Positions 12,182-25,251 are shown, counted from the first letter of the stretch. The stretch is DNA of 64,000 bases from Octopus sinensis (GCF_006345805.1 NC_043020.1:22506001-22570000); one strand, 5' to 3'. The notes: generated from the letters alone by a model not told the origin. Program-made: numbers and translations.

Positions 12182-13039
12182 TTAAAGAAGGAGTTGTGAT
12201 TTTCAAAGTTGTATTTATGCGATGTCTACTTTAACTAACATACATAGCTGTGTAGTGAAGACATCTGCTTCATAACCAGGTAGATCTACTGTGTGGAATA
12301 CTGTGTATGTGCTTTCTACTATAGCCCTGGGCTGACCAATGCCTGGTTATTGTATTTTAAAGGCAGAAACTGTTGAAAGTCTGTTGTGCATATACATGTG
12401 AGTTATACTTAATGTTTTGTCACTGCTTCAGTAACATGATGATGATGTTGATATTTTGGTTGGTTGCTCTGCACCTTTGAAGACCTGGAATAAAAAAATC
12501 TCTTAATTGAAACACTATAAATATTGATGACATGAAGAGCTTCCATTCATAATATCTGTTTCAAATCCATGCTTGTATCATTTGTCTAATCCATGCTGAA
12601 ACCACTTCTGACTCTGTAGTACAAATGTCTTGTTCTCAAAAGTTCTGAATTAAAATCTGCCACCAAATCTTAGTCACAATTTATGTTCCTAACACTAGCT
12701 AAATGATAACTAAATTATTTTACTAAATTCATTGTTATATTTAAAATAATTGAAAGAACTACAGAGCACCTCAAAATAAATACGGTAACGAAAGGGTTAA
12801 AAACAAATGTTAATTAAATGATTGAAAAACTAATTTTAGTCAATAGATATGCCTTTGTACATAGTGATGTCTGAGTTTAAAGTTGGTGATAAAATAGAGA
12901 GAACTGCCAAAGAGTTAAGTGAAGAATTTAGGACACGTAAGTATTCATCAAGGTTTGGTTCTGAGCCTGATTGTTTTTAAAATATTGCAAGTCATAACAG
13001 GAATTTATAACTGGGTGTTTGTGAGAGCTTGCATATACA

Positions 13040-13400
13040 GCAGAGACTGTGGAGGATTTGTGGTGGAAATTGTAGTAGTGATACCAGTGCCAGTGGCACG
13101 TAAAAGAACTATCCAAACTTGGCCGTTGCCAGCACCGCCCCGACTGGCCTCCGTGCTGGTGGCATGTAAAAAGCACCAACCGATCGTGGCCGTTGCCAGC
13201 CTTGCCAGGCACCTGTGCCAATGGCATGTAAAAGGCACCCACTACACTCACGGAGTGGTTGGCGTTAGGAAGGGCATCCAGCTGTAGAAACATTGCCAGA
13301 TCAGACTGGGCCTGGCGCAGCCTCCTGGCTTCCCAGACCCCAGTCGAACCGTCCAGCCCATGCTAGCATGGAAAACGGATGTTAAATGATAAAGATGATA
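13040..13400 (+). mobile_element. RTE LINE 3' UTR
   Basis: gtggcacgtaaaa repeats ending in catgctagcatggaaaacggatgttaaatgat. Confidence 0.8.
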
Positions 13401-14278
13401 TCATCGGGGAAAATGGTCATGCTTTTAGGCAGGAAAGTAGTCGGTAGAAATTCCATACAATATACTCTGTGATTTGTGGATGCTCAAGAGATGTAGTGAT
13501 ATAAGGAGCAGAGTGGTAATTCAATAATTTGTGGCAGTTGCAGAGAAGTAGCCTGCAGTCAGAGCACCAGTAAAATATATTCTTTGGAATGCTGAGAGAG
13601 CTCTACAGAAATAACTAATTGCTTGTTACCAAGATGACCAAATCAGATAGATTGTATGATGCTTATATAAACACCTCAGTGATACATGGTTGATATGTGG
13701 GAGCTGAATACAGGGAATGTGTGAAGGTTAAAAACCTGAGACCAGCATGATTCACAAGTTGTGTATTTGTGTGCATGAAGGATAAGGCATAAATGAACAG
13801 TGAAAAACATAAGTAGAGATGTGTTAGGGACATTAACCCTTTTGATACCAATCTAGCCAAAACTGGTTCTGGCTCTGAGTACAAATGTCTTGTTTTCATA
13901 AATTTTGAATTAAAATCTTCCACCAAACCTTAGTCACAATTTATGTTCCTAACACTTGTTTAGTGATAACTCTCTCTCTTTTACTTGTTTCAGAGTGACT
14001 GTGGCCATGCTAGAGTGCCGCCTTTAGTCGAGCATTTTTATGGAATATGTAAATGTTACCTGCTAATCTTGTTTTTTAAATTCTATTTTGTAGTGTGTGT
14101 GTTATGATTTCCTTATAAATCCATAGTGTGCTTACGAGAATGTTGTACTAAGTATGGACACTGTAATGTACCAAGTGATCAGCGAAATGGTACTTCAGTT
14201 TTACATTTCATGAGTGGATTCTTAGTAAGTTTGCTGGTATCACGGGTGGTTTTATTTTTGGATATTTATATATGTTCA

Positions 14279-14698
14279 GGATCTTTTCGGTTTGAATGGC
14301 AGTTTTTTCCAGCGGTGTCATATGAAATTGTCATCCATAATTATGACCCTAGTATCGATCTATTGCATTTCAATGTTTTAGGGTTAGGGTTAGGGGTGGG
14401 GGAAAGGGTATCTTTTTTTTCTTCAGAAATTTAAATAAACACAATCTGTTTCTTAAACGAGGGACATATTCATACGGCACAGAATGTTTTTTTTACCTCA
14501 GTAGACGTCAATGATTGGTTGAAATTGCAGAAATTGAAGAAAAAAAAACAACAAATATCTTACAAACTATAGAATTTTCTCAATAAAGCCAAGAGAAAAA
14601 GATGTTTTATAAACACATTCTACCAGTATACGAAGTTTAAAATTTTTTAGTTACGTGGAAATTATTTTAAAAAACTGCCGTTCAAACCGAAAAGATCC
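14279..14698 (+). mobile_element. MITE family M1, full length
   Basis: TIRs GGATCTTTTCGGTTTGAATGGCAGTTTTT / AAAAACTGCCGTTCAAACCGAAAAGATCC; internal gggttagggttaggggtggggg; no TSD visible. Confidence 0.9.
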
Positions 14699-14939
14699 AC
14701 TGTTTCTATATTTTTTTCTTTATAAAATTTCGTCAACTGTTTTCCTCTACTGTATAATACCCTATTAATATTCTATGACTGACAAGGGCTTTTTTTTTTT
14801 TTCAAAATGTGTTAATAGCATAACGATTGTTCCTTAAAATATGGTTTTCTAAATATATTTCATACCGAAACTGCGGCTAAAGCCCTACAATCGGCTTCTC
14901 TTGTTCCATGTGGTAAGATAGAAAGAGACGGAGCTCCGT

Positions 14940-15057
14940 AAACGTTGTTAAACCATTTATTAAACCTCGAGCGAACAATGGAATATTTGCTGAGGTAAAT
15001 TAAGCGAAAAAGAAACTACACAAAACGATTTACTGTTTACGTCTCGAAACGGTAAGT
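14940..15057 (+). promoter_or_regulatory. Putative non-coding exon 1 of ZF2 with donor
   Basis: tactgtttacgtctcgaaacg|GTaagttgag (GT 15052-15053), homologous to the other units; acceptor tatcatttcAG at 15946-15947. Confidence 0.65.
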
Positions 15058-15249
15058 TGAGCAACATTCGTTTTGATACTGAAATTTTTATATATAATAA
15101 AACGTCAGTCAGGCTGAGAGAGGGCACTGAAGCAACAAAGGGAGTGGGTGAGGCTGAATGCAGACGAATCTGTAGTTTGCGGTTTCGCTCTGCAGTCGAA
15201 TTTTCTTTTATTATTGTAAATTACATATAATTTATCAATCCCCGCACCT

Positions 15250-15281
<32 letters not shown>

Positions 15282-15308
15282 ATATATACATACATACATA
15301 CATACATA

Positions 15309-15433
15309 CTTAATAATTAGGGTTCAGCAAAGATTTGCTTTACCACATACCGAAGTTTAGAAATAGCAGCCAAAAAACGTTAGCTATTTCGGTATGTGGT
15401 AAAGCAAATCTTTGCTGAACCCTAATTATTAAG
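15309..15433. mobile_element. Short TA-flanked MITE / near-perfect hairpin
   Basis: Perfect 49-bp inverted repeat (15306-15354 vs 15388-15436); TA on both sides suggests Tc1/mariner-type. Confidence 0.7.
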
Positions 15434-15556
15434 TATTACCTAAGTTTACCATGAAATGGTCCTTTTTTCATGCCGAATTCTACTTGGTGAAATTATTGAT
15501 TACTTCTTAATTAATTAATTTTACCCTTTGTTATTATATATATATATATATATATA

Positions 15557-15761
15557 CCCACAAGGGGCTAAACACAGAGAGGACAGACAAATGGATTAAG
15601 TCGATTATATCGACCCCAGTGCGTAACTGGTATTTAATCGACCCCCAAAAGGATGAAAGGCAAAGTCGATCTTGGCGGAATTTGAACTCAGAACGCAACG
15701 GCAAATGAAATACCGCGAAGCATTTAGCGCGGCGTGCTAACGTTTCTGCCAGCTCGCCGCC
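15557..15761 (-). mobile_element. SINE family B
   Basis: Reverse complement of family B. Confidence 0.85.
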
Positions 15762-16114
15762 TTCAAAATACATAAGCTTCTGATCATTTGTATCATGTAA
15801 TTTAAATAACAACTTAAATGTAAAGTTCAATTGTTGAGGTAAAAGCTTATGTCACTTGTTTATTATTATAGAATTGTTGTCAAATTTCTCCCATTGAATC
15901 TCATCTCTACTTCTTCAATATCTTATACTATTTCCCTATCATTTCAGAGTGTCTGATGACATTGGCATTGAAGATATATCATCAATATTTATCGACATTT
16001 ACAGACAGAAGGAAGATTTTATACAGGAGATCTACATTTTCGTTTCTATAAATTTATCTTCAAGTTTCTGAGAGTCATTCTTCTGAGTGAAACATTTTTC
16101 TTCATTGTATAGAA

Positions 16115-16315
16115 CAGTGGTTTTCAACCAGGGTTCCGCCAGTACAGTTCAGGGGTTCCGCATGAAGTCACAAAACTGTTAAAATCGGCAGTAATTTTTA
16201 ATTCTCCTGTGCAGACATGCGTGCATAAGACTATTAAATTATTGCACAGGGGTTCCTCGAGCCAGTGGAATGTTTCCTTGGGGTTCCGCTCCAGCAAAAA
16301 GTTTGAAAAGCACTT
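16115..16315 (+). mobile_element. hAT-type MITE inside the ZF2 5' leader
   Basis: TIR CAGTGGTTTTCAA / TTGAAAAGCACTT; 8-bp TSD GTATAGAA. Confidence 0.85.
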
Positions 16316-16484
16316 GTATAGAACATGTATGAAATGAATTTTGTATTGCAATTAAATTTGGACATACTTACAAAGCAGTTTGGTACCCATTATAATATTT
16401 GATGAAAATATTACAGCAGTAGTATTAAATAAATTCAGGAAAAAATATATATTATTGTTGTGAGATAAGAAATTTCATTGAAGA

Positions 16485-17741
16485 ATGGATTCTCCTGAAG
16501 ACTTGCCAAAGGAGGTGAGAAAATCACATCCCTGTGATATCTGTCAAAAGACATTTTCTCTAAAAAGTAGTCTTACTAATCATAAAATAATTCACTCAGG
16601 AGAGAAACCACATAACTGTGATATCTGTGGTAAATCTTTCCCACGGTTACAAACCTTAATGACTCATAAACGCATCCACTCTGGTGAAAAGCCTTATGAA
16701 TGTGATATCTGTGGTAAATCATTCACTGTAAAAGGCACCTTAACTGAACATAGGCATATACATATGGGAAAGAAACCGCATAACTGTGATATCTGCAGTA
16801 AATCATTCTCTCGAATGCATAACTTGAATATTCACAAACGCATCCATACAGGGGAACGACCGCATAGATGTACTATCTGTGGTAACTCATTCTCTCTAAG
16901 AAGTCACTTAGCTCTTCATGTACGCACTCATACAGGTGAAAGACCATTTCACTGTGATATCTGTGGTAAATCTTTTTCTCAGAATCATAGCCTAACTCGC
17001 CACATACGTACTCATACAGGAGAGAAACCATATCAGTGTAACGTTTGTGGGGAATCATTCTCTGACAGAGGTAACTTAGCCAAACACAAATACATTCATA
17101 CAGGAGAGAAATCATATCGCTGTGATATCTGTGGAAAATCATTCTTTCAAAAAGTTCATTTACTTTCTCACAAACGTATTCATACAGGAGAGAAGCCATA
17201 TCACTGTGATGTTTGCGGTAAATCATTCTCTCATGGGAATGCCTTAAATACTCACAAACGTATTCACACAGGAGAGAAACCATATCAGTGTGACATCTGT
17301 GGTAAATCATTCAGTGGTGGTGGTCCATTAACTGTTCACAAACGAATTCATACAGGGGAAAAACCATATCAGTGTGATATTTGCAGTAAGCCATTCTCTA
17401 AAACAAGTCTTTTGATGGGACACAGAAGACGCATTCATACAAAGGAGAAACCATATCAGTGTGATATCTGTGGTAAATCATTCTCTGACAGAAGAGGTTT
17501 AACTGTTCACAAACGTATTCACACAGGAGAGGAGCCGTACCATTGCGGTACCTGTGGTAAATCGTTTTCTCAAAGTTCCGGCCTAATTAAGCATGTACGT
17601 ATTCATACAGGTGAGAAGCCATATCACTGTAATATCTGTGGTAGGTCATTCTCTGGAAGTAGTTCCTTAACTACTCACAAATATAGTCACATGAGAAAGA
17701 AACCAAATCACTGCAACATCAGTAACAGATCAGTTAAATAA
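16485..17741 (+). CDS. ZF2: C2H2 zinc-finger protein, 14 fingers, 418 aa
   Basis: Intact tandem C2H2 array with TGEKP linkers; [10 protein letters not shown] leader. Confidence 0.93.
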   Translation: MDSPEDLPKEVRKSHPCDICQKTFSLKSSLTNHKIIHSGEKPHNCDICGKSFPRLQTLMTHKRIHSGEKPYECDICGKSFTVKGTLTEHRHIHMGKKPHNCDICSKSFSRMHNLNIHKRIHTGERPHRCTICGNSFSLRSHLALHVRTHTGERPFHCDICGKSFSQNHSLTRHIRTHTGEKPYQCNVCGESFSDRGNLAKHKYIHTGEKSYRCDICGKSFFQKVHLLSHKRIHTGEKPYHCDVCGKSFSHGNALNTHKRIHTGEKPYQCDICGKSFSGGGPLTVHKRIHTGEKPYQCDICSKPFSKTSLLMGHRRRIHTKEKPYQCDICGKSFSDRRGLTVHKRIHTGEEPYHCGTCGKSFSQSSGLIKHVRIHTGEKPYHCNICGRSFSGSSSLTTHKYSHMRKKPNHCNISNRSVK

Positions 17742-18435
17742 ACACAAATACATTCATACAGGACAATAGCCGTGCCACCATGATGCCTGTTATAAATCCT
17801 TCTATCAAATCAGTCATTTGACTATTTTCTGATGTTTACGTACAGAAGAGAAAACCCTGTCAGAATGATATTTGTTGTAAATCTTACAAAATAGTGATAT
17901 CATCATCATCATCATTTAACGTCTGTTTTCCATGCTAGCATGGGTTGGACTGTTCAACTGGGGTCTGGGAAGCCAGAAGGCTGCACCAGGCTCCAGTCTG
18001 ATCTGGCAGTGTTTCTACAGCTGGATGCCCTTCCTAACACCAACCACTCCATGAGTGTAGTGGGTGCTTTTTACGTGCCACCAGCACGGGTGCCAGACGA
18101 GACTGGCAAACGACCACAATCAGATGGTGCTTTTTACGTGCCACTGGCACGGGGGCCAGACAAGGCTGGCAAACGGCCACGATCGGATGGTGCTTTTTAT
18201 GGGCCACTGGCACGGAGGCCAGTCAGGGCGGTGCTGGCAACGACCACGTTCGAATGGTTCTCTTATGTGCCACCGGCACTGGTATCACAGCTACAATTTA
18301 GATATAAGTAAGCTTAATCACATAGAGGCAGGAGAAAAACCATATCACTGTAATATCTGTATCGTATCATTCTGTGTTAGAAGTGCTGTAACTACTCACA
18401 AATGCATTGATACAGGAAGAAAACCATATGAATAA
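17742..18435 (+). pseudogene. Decayed fingers after ZF2, interrupted by an RTE tail (17899-18300, minus)
   Basis: Near-intact [27 protein letters not shown] at ~18328-18410 after the insertion. Confidence 0.75.
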
Positions 18436-18436
18436 T

Positions 18437-18796
18437 TACGTTTATATATTTGTTTTGCAAGATTTTTGATGTGAAATCGTGTGTTGAAACATGTATTTAG
18501 GAATGGTCATTTTGCCAGTTTAGCCAATAAAAACACACGCACTATATATTTGGTGTTACTTTGCTTCAGTGTTATTCATTTTTTACGACCGTTAGTAAGG
18601 AAAGACACACAAATAAGAAAGAAGAAAGCAAAGAACCACTGATGAGGTCACAGGAGTGTGACGAAAGAACTCTGGCCAAAATAAGATTAAGATTAATGTA
18701 AAAAATGTATAACGCTGAAGCAAAGTAACACCAAATATATAGTGCGTGTGTTTTTATTGGCTAAACTGGCAACATGACCATTCCTAAATACAACAA
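18437..18796. mobile_element. Penelope-like insertion X with inverted terminal arm
   Basis: 12-bp TSD CATATGAATAAT; 78-bp inverted arms 18492-18569 / 18715-18792 (1 mismatch) plus a 55-bp unrepeated end; contains a hammerhead-like motif. Confidence 0.65.
18636..18675 (+). ncRNA. Minimal type I hammerhead ribozyme motif
   Basis: cca CTGATGA g GTCACA ggag TGTGAC GAAA gaac TC tgg: 3-bp stem I, 6-bp stem II, rudimentary stem III, CUC site. Confidence 0.55.
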
Positions 18797-19140
18797 CATA
18801 TGAATAATGCCTGTGGAAAACCATTTTCTGAAAGTAACCATTTCAAAGGAAAGTTTTATCACAGCAATATCCATGACAAATCATTCTCTGTAACAAACGA
18901 TTCATATTGGAATGTACACTCTGAACTAAGTGGCAAATAAACAGAAACATCAGCACTCTAATGATGTCAGAGGCATGACAACCTCTCTTGTGCTGGCTGC
19001 ACACTAAAATATATCTTGTACAATGTGAAATTGATGCTGACAAATCTATATATATAAAACTCAACTTGTGTGTATCTGTGTGTTTAACTTTTTGATCTAC
19101 CAAGTTTCATTATTAAGGATGGAAAGTAATGTGTAGCAAA

Positions 19141-19529
19141 TCTATATATATAAAGCTGAAGTTGTCTGTGTATGGCATGTTTGGTAGCCTTCAACTAACA
19201 CTATCTCCTTCGAGACCCTGCAGCGCAAGTTGACCAAAATTGAGAGTATGATAGAAGAAGGCTTGCTCTTCATTCTGTAGAAGATAAAATTCAAATCGGA
19301 CCATGTTAACACCAAAAATTATTTATATCAAAAAGGTGCTTTTTTTCTATGAAAATCCCTATTTGTTACAATTTTTGACTGCTGTGTCACCATTTTTCGG
19401 TGTATTTCAACTGGAAAAATGTTCACTTGAAGAGAATAACAAGTTGCATAATGCAAACTTTTTATTTAAAAAAAATTCCAATTCTAAAGGGTCGAAAAAA
19501 ACCCAAGCAACACCGGGTGATACTGCTAG
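19141..19529 (+). mobile_element. Non-autonomous Helitron
   Basis: A|TCTATATATATAAAG...cccaagcaacaccggg hairpin...CTAG|T, no TSD; another 5' stub at ~19044. Confidence 0.8.
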
Positions 19530-19927
19530 TACTACAATAAAATGGAAATTAGAAATGAAGTACTTTTCTTGACTCATCTAAGACATGGAATAGAACTTTT
19601 CTGCTTGCTATGGAAGTAATAATAAATTCATTAAATATATTGCATTGTATTGGTTATTAATTAATTAGGGATTATGAAAAGGAATTGTGTTTTAGCAGGA
19701 CCGAATTGTTGTTCATTTTTTGTTTGCCTATTTTATTGCATTTGATGAAATTTTAGATAACTTGTTTTAATTATCCTTCGCCTTGCAATTGGATTCCTTC
19801 TGTGTTTTGCACATATGCTTACTCCAACTTAAATAGAGTTAACACATTCAGCTTCTGGTCAGCTCTAATTGAGAAAAAGAATAAGATGAAGTGTAGGCCA
19901 GTTTTTTCCAAACTGAAATTTAGAAAA

Positions 19928-20167
19928 GGTGCAGGTGTGGCTGTGTGGTAAGTAGCTTGCTTACCAACCACATGGTTCCAGGTTCAGTCCCACTGCGTGG
20001 CACCTTGGGCAAGTGTCTTCTACTATAGCCTCGGGCCGACTAAAGCCTTGTGAGTGGATTTGGTAGACGGAAACTGAAAGAAGCCTGTCGTATATATGTG
20101 TGTGTGTATGTTTGTGTTTGTCCCCCCAACATCGCTTGACAACCGATGCTGGTGTGTTTGCATCCCC
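19928..20167 (+). mobile_element. SINE family A, 3' truncated
   Basis: Head and core intact. Confidence 0.85.
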
Positions 20168-20289
20168 ATATGTGTTCATTTTCAGTCTGTATGAATGTGC
20201 TGTTTACACACACACTCAAGCATACGATTATATATATATTGGGTCGTCCTATAAACAATGTGTTTTTTTTTATACTTCCTTTATTTTCC

Positions 20290-20462
20290 AAATTACAATA
20301 AACAGAATTCTTTTAATCTAAAATATACTCTCCTTCATTTTCTACAATGCCTTTCCACCTCTCTAGTAGACTTGCAGGGCCCCTCTTCTAAAATTCACTT
20401 GTCCGTGATGATAAATACTCCTCCAGTACTGTTCTGACCCCATCTACAGAATTCATATATTT
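20290..20462 (-). mobile_element. mariner transposase C-terminal relic
   Basis: Translates to SSRTSEF*KRGPASLLERWKGIVENEGEYILD, like the mariner FY.RGI..L..RW...V...G.Y end. Confidence 0.6.
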
Positions 20463-21665
20463 TCCGTTCAAATGATTTCGAAAAGGTCACACATGTCATT
20501 CCACAGCTTTGAGGTGAATTGTGGACCCTGATCGGATGAGATGCTATCTGGGACACCGAAACAGGTGACCCAGTTTGTGATGAAACCTCGGCCGACTTCT
20601 TGTGTTTCTGTGCTGCGGAGGGGGATAGCTTCAGGCAAACGGGTGCAGCGGTCTATCAAGGTCAGTAGAAATGAGCAACCCTGTGAAGGTGGTAGGGGGC
20701 TGAATCGGGCCTGAGGTGGTTCATTGTTGCCAAGGGGTACTTTGGTGTGTTGATGGATCTTGGCTTGTTGACATGAGATGAAGGACCTGGTCCAGTCCCC
20801 AATTTGCTTGGTCATACCATGCCAGATAAATTTGCTTGACAGCAGCCGCCGTGTGGCTTTTGTACCTGGGTGGAAAAGTCTGTGGATGATGTGGAAAACT
20901 TTATTGCGCCAGGCTGATGGGACGATCGGTCATGGCTTGCCAGTGGATACATCACACAGTAGTGTTGTGCCGTTAGAGCCAAAGTAGTGTACATCCTGCA
21001 AAGAAAGTAATGTGATGGCAGAGTGGTAGGCCCTGATCTCATCATCTGTCTGTTGGTTTGCAGCCATAGCTTCGTAATCCAAGCCTTCCGTTATTGGTGC
21101 TAGGTAGGTATGAGAGTGGATAGGAGCACAAGAGAGTACATCAGCAACTGGGTTGGATGTCTGAGTTGTACTCAGAAATTGCCAATAGATGTCATTGTTG
21201 GAGTACAGACCAAGGCTCAGAGAGCTTGCTCAAAGCAAAGGTGAGTGGTTTGTGATCCGTGAATACTGTAAATGGGCAGCTTTCAAGGAAATACCAAAAG
21301 TAGTGGACAGCCAGTAGATCCCTGTCGAAAGCACTGTATTTCTGTTCAGGGGATCGTAGTTGTCCACTGAAGAAGGCAAGTGGTCGCCTCTGACTGTTGA
21401 TATATTAGTCCAAAACGCCCCCAATAGCTGTGTCGGATGCATCAACTGTGAGTGCAGTCCGAGCTGACATGCGAGGATGTGACAGCATGGTTGCTTGGGC
21501 CAGGGCTTGTTTTGTGTATTCGAAGGCTGAAGTCATTTTACTATCCCATTCCACCTGTCTTTTTGAATCCTCTTTTGATAGTGCTTTATATAGGAGTCTC
21601 TTCACTTTTGCTGTAGAAGGGATGAAGCAATGGTAAAAGTTTACTATGCCCACGAAATGATGTAT
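20463..21665 (-). mobile_element. Ty3/Gypsy pol relic (RT connection, RNase H, integrase)
   Basis: FVGIVNFYHCFIP...LTVDASDTAIGGVL and IDRCTRLPEAIPL...FGVPDSISSDQGPQFTSKLW, with stops and deletions. Confidence 0.85.
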
Positions 21666-21939
21666 GTGCATTTATAAAAATAAGGAATGATTGTCATACT
21701 TTTGAACAGTGGTTATCCAACTTTCGTCAATGAGCATCTTCCATTGAAAAATAGCACTCACAGCATGTTTGACAATAACATTAGACGATAGAGGCAGGGA
21801 AAAAACGGTAATTATTTGATGAAACCGAAACTAATTTTGTCCACTGGTTTCTTAGCATTTCTACCTACGACTAATGTGTTTTATTCATATTCTAAAAATC
21901 AGAGAGAAGTCTTTTTGAAAATGTTTATAAAACTCTGAT

Positions 21940-22585
21940 GGAAACATCCCGTACCCCGACTGGGAGCTGACATCTCCAACTGGACATTACCATTCAGGTT
22001 ATAATATTTGACATCTGGCAGAGACGGTAGGGCGCCGGGCGAAATGCTTAGCGGTATTTCGTCTGCCGCCACGTTCTGAGTTCAAATTCCGCCGAGGTCG
22101 ACTTTTCCTTTCATCCTTTCGGGGTCGACTAAATAAGTACCAGTTACGCACTGGGGTCGATATAATCGAGTTAATCCGTTTGTCTGTCCTTGTTTGTCTC
22201 CTCTGTGTTTAGCCCCTTGTGGGTAGTAAAGAAATAGAAATAGGTATTTCGTCTGCAGTTACGTTCTGAGTTCAGATTCCGCCGAGGTCGACTTTGCCTT
22301 TCATCCTTTCAGGGTCGATAAATTAAGTACCAGTTGTGTACTGAGGTCGATCTAATCGTCTGGCCGGCCCCCTCCCCCAAAATTTCGGGCCTTGTGCTTA
22401 GAGCAGAAAAGAACATTTGACATCGAAAGTTCGGCTGGAAAGATAGAGCCAGCTTCACTTGTTTGTTCATGGTGATAAGTTAGGATTCTATGGAAGAAAT
22501 TAGACGATATTTGAATATTGGATGCTGACGGTTCGGGCGCATCTCAGATGTAACTGAGTTGGACGGCCGACACTGAGAGGTAGGT
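21940..22585 (+). promoter_or_regulatory. Putative promoter / exon 1 of ZF3, split by a SINE dimer
   Basis: ctgacatctcc..accatt..atcgaaagttcggctgg..agcttcactt block; possible donor gagag|GTaggt at 22580 (less conserved); acceptor 26247-26248. Confidence 0.5.
22016..22414 (+). mobile_element. SINE B dimer
   Basis: Two family B units; 10-bp TSD ATTTGACATC (22006-22015, 22415-22424). Confidence 0.85.
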
Positions 22586-24154
22586 GGATTGCTCCTTATT
22601 CCTCATATTACAGTTCCCCATACCACAGTATATTCAAAATAATGCTTGATGCTATGTATTCTACAAATACCCTCCTCCACCAATTTCTGTTTATAATTAA
22701 GAATTATTGGAAAGTCTGGGAGTCGTTGCTGGATTTATCCAGTTATTTTAAAAACGTATGTAAAATATAATTCATTTTAATAACATGCTTCAGTATACCT
22801 ATGCTTGTTTGTTTGTAAATGCTTTTTTTCTTACACACATACACACACACACACAGTTGATGAGAGAGAAGGACCACCTTTCCATAAAATTTGTTTATGG
22901 GTAGAAAAATATTGAAAAACATGAATACACGTCAAAGTGACAAAGAATTGAGGACGGTATCAGGAAGATCGTAGGATGCACTAGAAACAACAGCTAAATC
23001 TCCTTTAAAAGGTCAGTTTATATTGACCGAAATTTCTTCATAATTTGTGTCATTTGAACGGTATTTCTATAAAATTTCATCAATATATATATCCATTTTC
23101 CTGAAAGTTATGAGGGAAAAATCGAATCTTGTGAATTTTCCTAAAGTCTCCCCTTCCGCATTCGTTTGCGCAATTTTTTTCTTTTTTCATATTCGTTCTC
23201 TATACACTTTTTTGCACTAAGTAGGCTGGGTTTTTTTTTTTCGTTAGGGTATTAAACTTTATATCGACCCTTTAAATCACACACCTTTTCGTCTGAAATT
23301 ATTTTCAAAACTTTTTTTGTTTTTATCGAAAAGACTTCTCCCATTGTTTTTAAGTAGTACAAAAAAAACGGCAATTTGCCACATCTATAACGATACAGCT
23401 TCTCTCACTTATCAATAGGTACATGGGTAATAAAACTACATCATTCAGAGAATATTATTTCTTTCCAATATGAATACATTTACTAGCATTTAGGTTTCCA
23501 TTTTGAGAAATTTTAAAAACTTATTTCTTCATTCACCTTTCTTTTCAACGTTCATAATGTTCCTCACGAAACTCGTAGCATCGATGAAGGGAAATTTAAT
23601 TTGATTGGAAGTTTTATCAGTCATGATTGATTCAGGGGCCAAAACGGCAATTAGTCACAAGAAGAGAGCAAGACACGTTTCTATCTGTCACACTATGACT
23701 TTACATCATTTGGCACAAGATCATCTCCTCCAATGTCCCATCCCCTCTCAAAAGATTTTTGTTTTGCAAGTTACTTGATGGCCCTACGTGGGCTGGTGCC
23801 ATGTAAAAAGCATCCAGCCCACACTGTAGACTGGTTTGTGTTAGGAAGAGCATCCAGCTGTAAAAAAAAACCATACCACACCTGACCTCACCTGTGCTGG
23901 TGCCCTATAAAAAGCACTCAGTCCATTCTCTGAAGTGGTTGGTGTTAGGAAGGGCATCTAGCCATAAAAACCATGTCAAAACAGATATCATCATCATCAT
24001 TGTTTGACCGTGGTCGAGACAATGGAATTTACCATGCTACAGCAGACTTCACAGTCCATCATAGCATTACGGAGGTCCTGTTGCTGGATGGCTGTATCCC
24101 TGGAGATTACATCAGGGTAGGAGAGTGTGCGCCCTCTGGTGTTGTGAGTAGAAA

Positions 24155-24510
24155 GGGTATGGCCTGGTCAGCCTGTAATGACATGCATAAGATCTGGTCA
24201 TCAAATCTAAGTAGAGACTTCAAACTTGAAATCTTCAAAGCCACAGTCGAACCAATTCTACTATATGGCTCAGAAACCTGGACGTTATCAAAGAAGCTTG
24301 AGAGGCGGTTGGATGGAACCTACAATCGCCTCCTTATGAGAGTTCAAAATCTCTCGTGGAAGCGCCATCCAACCAAAATGCAAATATATGGGAAACTACC
24401 ACCTGTGTCATCTCTTGTGAAAGGTAGGAGAGTCCAGTTTGCTGGACATTGTTGTAGAGCTGAAAATGAGGTAATTTCTACTCTTCTCCTCTGGAAGCCA
24501 TCTACTCGCA
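24155..24510 (+). mobile_element. RTE-like LINE reverse transcriptase C-terminal fragment
   Basis: KLEIFKATVEPILLYGSETWTLSKKLERRLDGTY...RRVQFAGHC. Confidence 0.85.
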
Positions 24511-25031
24511 ACAAAACAGACAGTGAATCCTGGTGCTGTCCTCTGGTTTGCCAGCTCTTGTCAACCATCCAACCCATGCCAGCATAGAAAGCAGATGTTA
24601 AATGATGATATGTGTGTGTGTGTGTGAAGGCGACTTCAGAAATGCTCTTGTTAAAGTGTTAGAAAGTAGCAGCATCACAAGTATTAGAGTCACTACCAGG
24701 GAGAATATCCCTGCTGTGTGCAATGGCATGTGAACAATGTACTCCTGTTGATTTTATAATGGATTCAATTCCAAATTCTAAGAACAGTAGTCCACTCCGT
24801 AATGTGATTGGTGTTAGGGCATCCAGCTGTAAAAAGGCCTGTCAAAACAGAGTGAAGCCTGGTGCAGTCTCCTGTCTAGCCACCCCCTGTCAAACTGTTC
24901 AACCCATGCCAGCATGGAAAACAGGTGTTAAATGACGATGATGATGATTACTGAATATGAGATTCACCTGAAGACATCATGAATGACCAAAGACCTTCAT
25001 CCAAGTATAATGTATAATAATTATTGTTTAA

Positions 25032-25251
25032 CCCTTTCATTACCAACCTGGCTGAAACCGACTCTGGTTCTGAGTACAAATGTCTTGTTTTCATACATTT
25101 TGAATTAAAATCTTCCACCAAACCTTACTCACAATTTATCTTCTTAACATTATCTGAATGACAACTAAGTTATTTTACTAAATTCTTTGTTACATTTAAA
25201 GTAATTGAAAGAAACACAGAGCATCTCAAAGTAAAGACAGTAATGAAAGGG
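25032..25251 (+). mobile_element. piggyBac-type MITE P1
   Basis: TTAA|CCCTTTCATTAC...GTAATGAAAGGG|TTAA. Confidence 0.85.

Noticed and set aside
14381-14408. TTAGGG repeats as an interstitial telomere
   Set aside because: Only 2-3 units, fixed inside M1/M2 MITEs.
18060-18290. CRISPR-like repeats (ggtgctttttacgtgccac) with apparent spacers; also 9480-9740 and 45960-46100
   Set aside because: Spacers are homologous to each other (~63-bp tandem units), lie in an RTE 3' UTR, no cas genes, eukaryotic context.
23973-24587. 204-aa ORF as a host gene
   Set aside because: LINE RT fragment fused to SINE/RTE-tail sequence.
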